A stretch of DNA of 64,000 nucleotides from the human T2T-CHM13v2.0 reference genome, Homo sapiens: the NCBI RefSeq assembly GCF_009914755.1, contig NC_060929.1; one strand, written 5' to 3'. Shown in pieces: positions 55,887-64,000 of the stretch. Position 1 is the stretch's first letter, and the number at the start of each line of letters is the position of its first letter. Position numbers and translations under genes: made by a program. The notes beneath the pieces are model-generated. The model was not told the DNA's origin and searched no databases. It was given only the letters and a program-made list of their open reading frames with translations.

Positions 55887-56053
55887 TGGGGCCTGTTGTG
55901 AGGTGGGGGGAGGGGGGAGGTATTGCATTAGGAGATATACCTAATGTAAATGACGAGTCAATTGGTGCAGCACACCAATATGGCACATGTATACATATGT
56001 AACAAACCTGCACATTGTGCACATGTACCCTAGAACTTGAAGTATAAAAAAAA
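55887..56053 (+). mobile_element. L1PA (PA4-6-like) 3' end, about 165 bp
   Basis: GGGGCCTGTTGTG...GGAGATATACCTAATGTAAATGACGAG...GTACCCTAGAACTTGAAGTAT followed by an A tail. Confidence 0.95.
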
Positions 56054-56084
56054 TTGTATGTGAAAAAAAGAAATTAACATATAA

Positions 56085-57408
56085 AACTTAATAGCATTTC
56101 TATAAACCAATAACATTTGGCTCTTATCTGAGAGCCATATCAAGAATGAAATCCTTTTACAATGGTCACCAAAAAATAAAATACCTAGGAATACATCTAA
56201 TCAACGAGGTGAAAGATCTCTATTAGGAGAACTATAAAAGTTGCTGAAAGAAATCATAGATGACACAAACAAATGGAAAGACATTCCATGCTCATGGACT
56301 GGAAGAATCAATATCATTAAAATGTCCATACTTCCCAAAGCAATCTACATTTTCAACGTGATTTCTACCAAACTACCAACGTTATTCTAAAATTCATATG
56401 GAACCAAAAATGAGGCTGAATAGCCAAAACAATCCTAAGAAAAAAGAACAAAGTTGGATACATCATATTACCCAACTTTGAACTATGCTATAAGGCTATA
56501 GTAACCAAAACAGCATGGTACTGTTACAAAAATAGACACATAAACCAAGGGAACAGAATACAGAACCCTGAAATAAAGCCACACATCTACAGTCGTCTGA
56601 TTCTTGACAAAGTCAACAAAAGTAAGCAAGGGGGAAAGGTCCTCCTATTCAATAAACGGTGCTGGAAAAATTGGCTAGCCATGTGCAAAAGATTAAAACT
56701 GGACCTCTGCCTTTCACCATATACACAAATTAACCCAAGATGGATTAAAGACTTAAATGTAAGACCTCTAATTGTAAAAATCCTAGAAGAAAAGCTAGGA
56801 AACACCCTTTTAGACATCAGCCTTGACAAAGAGTTTATGGCCATATCCTCAAAAGCAATTGCAACAAAAACAAAAATTGACAATTGGACCGAATTAAAGA
56901 GCTTCTGCAGGGCAAAAGAAAACTAACAACAGAGTGAACAGACAACCTACAAAATGGGAGAAAATATTCACAAACTATGCCTCTGAAAACGGACTAATAT
57001 CTAGAATCTATAAGGAACTTAAATCAACAAGCAAAAAGCAAATAACCCCATTAAAAAGTGGGCAAAGGACATGAACAGACACTTCTCAAAGGAATGCATA
57101 CAAGTAGCCAACAAACATGAAAACAAAAATGCTCAACATCACTAATCATCAGGGAAATGCAAATCAAAACCACAATAAAATACTAACTCATACCAGTCAG
57201 AATGGCTATTGTTAGAAAGCCAAAAAATAGCAGAAGTTGATGAGGCTGCGGAATAAAGGCAATGCTTATACACTGTATGAATGTAAACTACTTCTGCCAC
57301 TGTGGAAAACAGTTGGGAGATTTCTCAAAGAACTAAAAATAGAGCTACCATTCAACCCAGCAATCCCATTATTGGGTATATACCAAAAGGAAAATAAATT
57401 GTATGACC

Positions 57409-57423
<15 letters not shown>
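56085..57423 (+). mobile_element. L1PB-like ORF2 3' fragment
   Basis: Peptides [26 protein letters not shown] and [20 protein letters not shown]. Ends in an A run and (TA)n with no 3' UTR. Confidence 0.9.
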
Positions 57424-57445
<22 letters not shown>

Positions 57446-57561
57446 GTCACATGCTCCATTCTTATCCAGTAAAAATGATCTTAAGGGTATATAGTCATCC
57501 TCCAATTTACATGTTTCATTTAAATCATACTTCTTAAAATTAGATTTGAATTACACCTAAT

Positions 57562-57593
<32 letters not shown>

Positions 57594-57597
57594 ACAC
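57562..57597. repeat. (CA)n microsatellite
   Basis: Direct reading. Confidence 0.9.
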
Positions 57598-57609
57598 TAG
57601 ACATTTGTC

Positions 57610-58790
57610 TTGACACTGTGAAATCTAGGGGTTGAGGGCCAAGAGCTCTTTCAGTCCTCCAATGTTGTTAAGGTGCTTGCCTTATTCAGAGAAACAGAGC
57701 TGTCAGAGTAGCGGACTGGAAATTCTGGCAAGAGGTGATCTCGTAGTCTTAAATCCAAGGATAGTCTGGAGGCAGAATTCCATCCTCTTTGAGAGACTTC
57801 AACCTTTTTTCTTAAGGCCTTTAACTGATTGGATTAAGCTCATTCACATTATTGAGGATAATCTGCTTTACAGAAAGTCAACTGATTAAAATGTTAATCA
57901 TATAAAAAAACCTTCTTATTCCAGTCTATCATTGTTGGACATTTGGCTTGGTTCCAAGTCTTTGCTATTGTGAATAGTGCCGCAATAAACATACATGTGC
58001 ATGTGTCTTTATAGCAGCATGATTTATAATCCTTTGGGTAAACACCCAGTAATGGAATTGCTGGGTCAAATGGTATTTCTATTTCAAGATCCCTGAGGAA
58101 TCGCCACACTGACTTCCACAATGGTTGAACTAGTTTACAGTACCACCAACAATGTAAAAGTTTTCCTATTTCTCCACATCCTCCAGCACCTGTTGTTTCC
58201 TGACTGATCGCCATTCTAACTGGTGTGAGATGATCACCATTCTAACTGGTGTGAGATGGTATCTCACTGTGGTTTTGATTTGCATTTCTCTGATGGCCAG
58301 TGATGATGAGCATTTTTTCATGTGATGTGACACATATACACCATGGAATACTATGCAGCCATAAAAATGATGAGTTCATGTCCTTTGCAGGGACATGGAT
58401 GAAGGTGGAAACCATCATTCTCAGCAAACTATCGCAAGGACAACAAACCAAACACCTCATGTTCTCACTCATAGGTGGGATTGAACAATGAGAACACATG
58501 GACACAGGAAGGGGAACATCACACATCAGGGCCTGTTGTGGGGTGGGGGGAGGGGGGAGGGATAGCATTAGGAGATATACCTAATGTTAAATGAGGAGTT
58601 GATGGGTGCAGCACACCAGCATGGCACATGTATACATATGTAAGTAACTTGCACATTGTGCACATGTACCCTAAAACTTAAAGTATAATAATAATAATAA
58701 AAACAATTTCACAGCAACATCTAGGCTGATCTTAGACCAAGCAACTGGGCATGAAGCCTAGCCATGCTGACACATAAAATTAACCTCTGA
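57610..58790 (-). mobile_element. MLT2 (MLT2D-like) LTR split by an L1PA insertion
   Basis: TCTGGAGGCAGAATTCC...AACTGATTGGAT...GAGGATAATCTGCTTTAC [L1] TTCACAGCAACATCTAGGCTG...TGACACATAAAATTAACC. Confidence 0.85.
57913..58705 (+). mobile_element. L1PA3/4-like element with a 5' inversion (57913-58324 minus, 58325-58705 plus)
   Basis: The minus arm encodes the ORF2 C-terminus (LVQPLWKSVWRFLRDLE). The plus arm continues ATGTGACACATATACACC through the 3' UTR and a (TAA)n tail. Confidence 0.95.
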
Positions 58791-59219
58791 GTGCTACAAC
58801 TTCTCAGTGGAAATGCAGTTAACTTTCTCTGTGTCTATGCCTTTCTTCAAAAGTTACCAGAATGACTCCACCTTGTTGAGTCTTTTATCATTTTTTCAAC
58901 ATCCCCAGCTTTCTATTTCCCCCTTTGTGCCACTTCTTTTTCTGCATGGTACAAGTGTAGAGTTTTCATAATAAAGCCCTATGTATAACAACTGAGGCAA
59001 CAGGTAACTCTCTTCTGAATATTCTCTTGGCTTCCTTCAAGCAAGGGTACATAAGGCTTTATGTATAAGCAAACTAGGTTATGCTGGGCTAAAAAGAGCT
59101 CCAAATCCTGGCCCAAACAACAACAGAGATTAATATACTTTCAACTCCACTTCTGTTGGTGAACAACCACAGCTCTTTTCCTTATTAATTTCATTCCAGA
59201 ACTCAGGCTCTCCCTAAAG

Positions 59220-59552
59220 CAGCAGTCCGCAATATTTTTGGCACCAGGGACCAGGTTTGTGGAAGACATTTTTTCCATGGACTGGGGTAGAGGGTGGGTG
59301 TTGGTTTCAGGGTGAAACTGTTCCACCTCAGATCATTTGTCATTAGATTCTCATAAGGAGCATGCAGCCCAGATCCCTGGCATGCAAAGCAGTTCACAAC
59401 AGGGTTCACGCTCCTATGAGAATCGAATGTCACATTTGATCTAACAGGAGGCAGAGCTCAGGCAGTAAAGCTCACTCACCCATTGCTGACCTCCTGCTAT
59501 GCAGCCTAGTTCCTAACAGGCTACTGACCATTACCTGTTCATGGTCTGGGAG
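59220..59552 (+). mobile_element. MER1B (hAT/Charlie) DNA transposon within an old MLT1-like LTR
   Basis: TTTTTGGCACCAGGGACCAGGTTTGTGGAAGACA...GAAACTGTTCCACCTCAGATCAT...CATTAGATTCTCATAAGGAG...GTTCCTAACAGGC. Confidence 0.9.
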
Positions 59553-60699
59553 CATTACAGTTCTTGAGGTAGAGGGAAAAGAGAGATTTTAAATCATATA
59601 TGATCTCTGCCCTAAAATGACATATGTCACTTCTGTCCACATCTCTTTTGCTGGAAAAATTCTGAGTTAACCAGTGAGTCTTTATAATATTCTATTTGTT
59701 TCTGGTAAATTATATGTATTTAAAGCCAAAGATCTTGTCTAGATAAAATCTTTAAGGCTAAAGACTCCATTCTTCTACTAGTCTTTGTATACTGTTCTTC
59801 CCCTGGCCCTTAGCTTAATGACCACTGCCTTAAAGCAATTTTAAAAATAGGTCTTTTTGTTGTGGGCTCCTGCTCTTGTTTAGTGGAAAACACTTAAAGA
59901 AAAGTATTCTGGGAAATCTTGCCACTCCATTATGCCCTGATAAAATTGCAGCTTCAAAACCACCATAATAACCATTATAATTTATAGTCTTTTTCAACAC
60001 TAGAAACTGCAAATTGTGGAACTCTCAGTTAATTTTGACTGTGGGTCACAAATTCAGAGTGACTCTTAGGAAAGAATGTTTTTCCCCATTTCTGGCTCAA
60101 ATTTGTCTTGCAAGCCTCCTCAGAAAAGAACAAGAAGTATCCAATATTCTATTTTTTTCTTCCATTTCCCTAACTTTTACAACGTCAATCATTACCTTGG
60201 TCTTCAACCCAAGCAGAACAATTTGACCAGTTGTTTCATTGATGTATATCAAGAGTCAGTAAGTTTCCACTCCGTGGTGGTTAGAACTCTTCTTCTAGCC
60301 CCATCTCAACTGCATTCCACAATATTGGTTTTGATATTCATTAAACTACTCTTTCATGAGCCAAATCTTCTTTCAAGTAGGGATTGTGTTCATCTGTATA
60401 TATAAAACAGAAACTTAACTATCTAAAAAATTTTCCACAACTAGCATCTTCTATGTCTATATAATTAGGTGGAACTAGGAGTCACAAGACTACTCCTAGT
60501 TACAGAAGTTGCTAGAAAATCTGGTTTTAAGCTGAGCTCATTGCCCTTCTGAACACAAAGTTTTCTATTAACACGAGAGAATTAACACTGTGTAGGTAAC
60601 CAGAAATCCTGCCATAGTGACCACATGCCTTTGCCAAGAACATTTAAATGAATATAAATCTACACAATGATAATATGGTTTTAGCATCACAACTATACA

Positions 60700-60900
60700 T
60701 GATAATAACAACAGTTTCCATAAACAGAGTTACTTCTTTCTGAACATTACCCCAATTATCTTATTGAATTCTTACAGAAAATTTGCAAGCACATCTTTAT
60801 ATTAATTTGACTGATGGCAAAAGTGAGGGTCGTTTAGCTGGTAAAAGGCAGAGCCAGGGATCTAATCCATTCTAAAACCACAGTCAATTTTATCCACTAT
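60700..60900 (-). mobile_element. MIR SINE fragment
   Basis: TCTTATTGAATTCTTACA...TAGCTGGTAAAAGGCAGAGCCAGGGATCTAATCC. Confidence 0.5.
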
Positions 60901-61905
60901 ACATGTGCTGTCTAAATCTTATAACTGGAAAGAGAAAAGCTTACAAGCAACTATATTGAAAATAACAGGACCTATTAAAGCAAATAATCTCCACAGAACT
61001 CATTTAATAAGTAAATCAAAACTATACAACATCAGCACTTCAAATATTTGTCAGTGAATTCAAGCAGAAAAAATGCTTTTGATTCAGCCTTAGCCAAGAA
61101 TTCACTTGAGACATCTGAAGGAAAGACTTAAGGAACAAGTTAACTGTCGATTTATTTGGATTCTTTATGGTTTATTCCCACATTAAGAAAGAAAATCAGG
61201 TAATATTTCTGGAGTATATTATTTTAGCTCCTTGTAGAAAGGCTGTCTCATTTGTAACCCAAAACCATCACTAAATGCAATTTAATGTTGTAAAAAGTCT
61301 ATATGATAGATATTTGTTTCATTAATATAAAAGAAAGATATGAAGAAAGATAGAGCTCATTTTGTTACTTATTACCGATTTTATAAGAATCATATGATAA
61401 ATATGTAAAATATGGTTCCATAGACAGAAAATATTTAAAGACAATTTTTAGCCCTATATAACAGGAAATGCTGAATTGAAATGCCCTATTGCTATAACTA
61501 ATTACATGGATAAAAGATGGCACTGTTGCCAACTTCTAATGTGTTGATCTGTTTTAGTATGTTAACTTTCTTCTTTTATAATATGAGTCACTGTTAATTC
61601 TTTTTGAAATTAACCTATGTAACTTACACAGGAAAAGTAACATATATGACAGATTGTTAGACAAATTTACTTATATTCAGAACAGTCTTAAGAATATAAT
61701 CTGTTTGAGAAGTATGCTTTACCATTACAGAGTGAGCTTTATTTTTAAAAAGGATAGTTTGAGAATTTCTCTAAGAACTATTTCTTTTGAATAAATCCAG
61801 GTCCTGTTTTCAGAATGAAATTCCTTTACTATATGATTCTAAAAATGTACATTCTTAAAAATTTAAAACTAAGAAGAGTAAAAGGACAAATTATCTTCTA
61901 GAGAG

Positions 61906-62012
61906 CACCCTATGATTCAATTATGTCCCACCGGGTCCTTCCCTCATCATGTGGGAATTATGAAGCTAGTATTCAAGATGAAATTTGGGTGGGACACAGG
62001 CAAACCCTATCA
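61906..62012 (-). mobile_element. THE1 LTR, first ~105 bp (inverted)
   Basis: Reverse complement TGATAGGGTTTGCCTGTGTCCCACCCAAATTTCATCTTGAA...AATTGAATCATAGGGTG. Confidence 0.9.
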
Positions 62013-62668
62013 ATAATTAAAAACAAAAATCACATGATCATCTCAATGAATGCAGAAAGAGCATTTGACAAAAATCCAGCATCCCTTTATGATTAAAACC
62101 CTCAGCAAAATCATAGAAAGAATGTACCTTAATGTAATAAAAGCATAGAAAGGATGTACTTTACTGTAATAAAAGCCATCTATGACAAACTCACAGCCAA
62201 CATAATACTGAATGGGGAAAAGTTGAAAGAAATCCCCCTGAGAACTGAACAATACAAGGCTCACCACTTCTATTCAATGTAGTACTGGAAGTCCTAGCCA
62301 GAGCAATCAGAAAAGAGAATGAAATAAAGCATATCCAAATCAGTAAACGGGAAGTCAAATTGTCTCTGTTTGCTGATGATATGATCATATACCTAGAAAA
62401 CCCTAAAGACTCCTCCAAAAAGCTCTTAGAACTGATAAATGATTTCAGCAGAGTTTTAGGATAAAAAACTAGTGCACACAAATCAGTAGCTCTGCTAGAC
62501 ACCAACAGTGACTAAGCTGAGAATCACATCAATAACTCAACCCCTCTTATAATAGCTGCAAAAACATAAAACAAAATACTTAGGAATATACCTAACCAAG
62601 GAGGTGACAGACCTCTAGAAGGAAAACTACAAAACACTGCTGAAAGAAATCACAGACAACACAAACAA
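62013..62668 (+). mobile_element. L1PB-like ORF2 (RT) fragment
   Basis: AAAAATCACATGATCATCTCAA...TGTTTGCTGATGATATGATCATATACCTAGAAAACCC (FADDM motif). Confidence 0.92.
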
Positions 62669-62860
62669 TCATAAGGGTGGGTCTTTCCCATGCTATTCTT
62701 GTGATAGTGAATAAGTCTCATGAGATCTGATGGTTTTTTAAAAATCAGTTTCCCTGAACAAGTTCTCATTTTCTCTCGTCTGCTACCATGTGAGATGGGC
62801 CTTTCACCTTCCACCATTATTGTGAGGCCTCCCCAGCCACATGGAGCTGTGAGTCCATTA
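62667..62860 (+). mobile_element. THE1 LTR, remaining part (3'-truncated)
   Basis: AATCATAAGGGTGGGTCTTTCCCATGCT...GAATAAGTCTCATGAGATCTGATGG...GCCTCCCCAGCCAC...GAGTCCATTA. Confidence 0.9.
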
Positions 62861-63685
62861 CTGTAGTTCCTTCACCAAAAAGCACTACCTTTGACACTAC
62901 TGTGTCAAGAAGTCACAGACTGTATCTGTTTGCTACTGGAAAGTCAGACTATCACATGCTAATCCATTCTATTATATTCACAATTAATACCAACCACCAT
63001 GGTCAAAAATTTTATCCAGCAAATGTTTTTGCTTGTTAATACAGCTGGAAAGAAATAGTCATAACACATTTCAAAAATTGTGCATTCTTATTCATTCCAA
63101 TCCAAAGAAATTGCTATTGGAGTTTTCTCAGATGTTTGATACATCATTGAAAACTAATTATAATGTTTACAATTAAATATTGATAGAAAGTATCATTAAA
63201 ATAGTCAAACTCCATTACAAATTGAAACACTGCTCAGTTTCATGACTGATTAAAATATCTTCTCAGAAGATAGTCTCAGAAAAGTATCCAGGAACCACTT
63301 TTCTGGTAAATAATTTTGATGTTACAGTATTTCAGATGTTCTGTCCATTTAACACATTTATATTCATAATAAATAAATACAAAATAATCAAGAGATTTGC
63401 ATTTTTTGAAGTTACAAATGGTAGCTTTAAAAAATTTATTGGAATCTAATTGATTTTCTAAAATAAGTTATTCTAGTTTAGTTTACGGTAAATCATAGAC
63501 ATTTAATAAGTTATGTAAATGTAATATCTAGTGGCTTTGTAGGTATGTGTTTATACATATTTCTTTGTGAAGAACTTTTTATTTTACTTTCTAGTGTTTT
63601 GATATAATACTAAATATATCTGCGTGTCTTCTTGGTTTTATATTGAAGTTATGTTTTCTTAAAGCTCTTCCTCTTAGCTACATCT

Positions 63686-63878
63686 TTATTTGATTTGGCT
63701 TCATTTGATTTGATTATTTATTTTTTGGAGACAGGGGCTTACTCTTGTCACAGGCTGGAGTGCAGTGGTGTGATCAGGGCTGACTGCAGCCTCAACTTCC
63801 CGGGCTCAAGCGATTGTCCCACCTCAGCCCCTCCCAAGTAACTGGGACTACAGATGTGCACCACCATGCTGGCTGATT
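63686..63878 (-). mobile_element. AluJ right arm/FRAM with a (TTTGA)n-like tail
   Basis: GAGACAGGGGCTTACTC...CTGCAGCCTCAACTTCCCGGGCTCAAGCGAT...CACCATGCTGGCT. Confidence 0.88.
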
Positions 63879-64000
63879 AGCTGTATCTTTATATTTGACT
63901 TAATCTTCATTTAAGACATTCAGATTTTCACCATAAACCCTATAAAAAGAAGAATTTCTTCTCTATTGAGTGTCTCTTTTTCCTTAGAATCTGAGAGTTT

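Overview
AT-rich, CpG-poor primate (human-like) genomic DNA that looks like a large intron or gene desert. Much of it is interspersed repeats: Alu J/S/Y, L1 of several ages, L2/MIR, MaLR LTRs including one near-complete MSTD-type provirus, other ERV LTRs, and Tigger/MER1 DNA transposons. No ORF in the track is a credible protein-coding gene. The ORFs are decayed L1/MaLR/Alu sequence, microsatellite artefacts or short chance ORFs. Notable structures: (1) a perfect 37-nt 5' half of tRNA-Gly(GCC) fused in inverted orientation to a 5'-truncated L1PA 3' end (55850-56053); (2) two diverged, inverted L1 copies sharing the same ~2 kb ORF1-to-ORF2 deletion junction (~22489 and ~24232); (3) a candidate 17-nt microexon with strong splice sites and an ATG (30240-30256), bracketed by an inverted Alu pair; (4) a THE1/L1 composite with an internal inversion (61906-62860); (5) a classic twin-primed L1PA (57913-58705). 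Subfamily names come from recalled consensus sequences, not from a database search, and boundaries of old elements are approximate.
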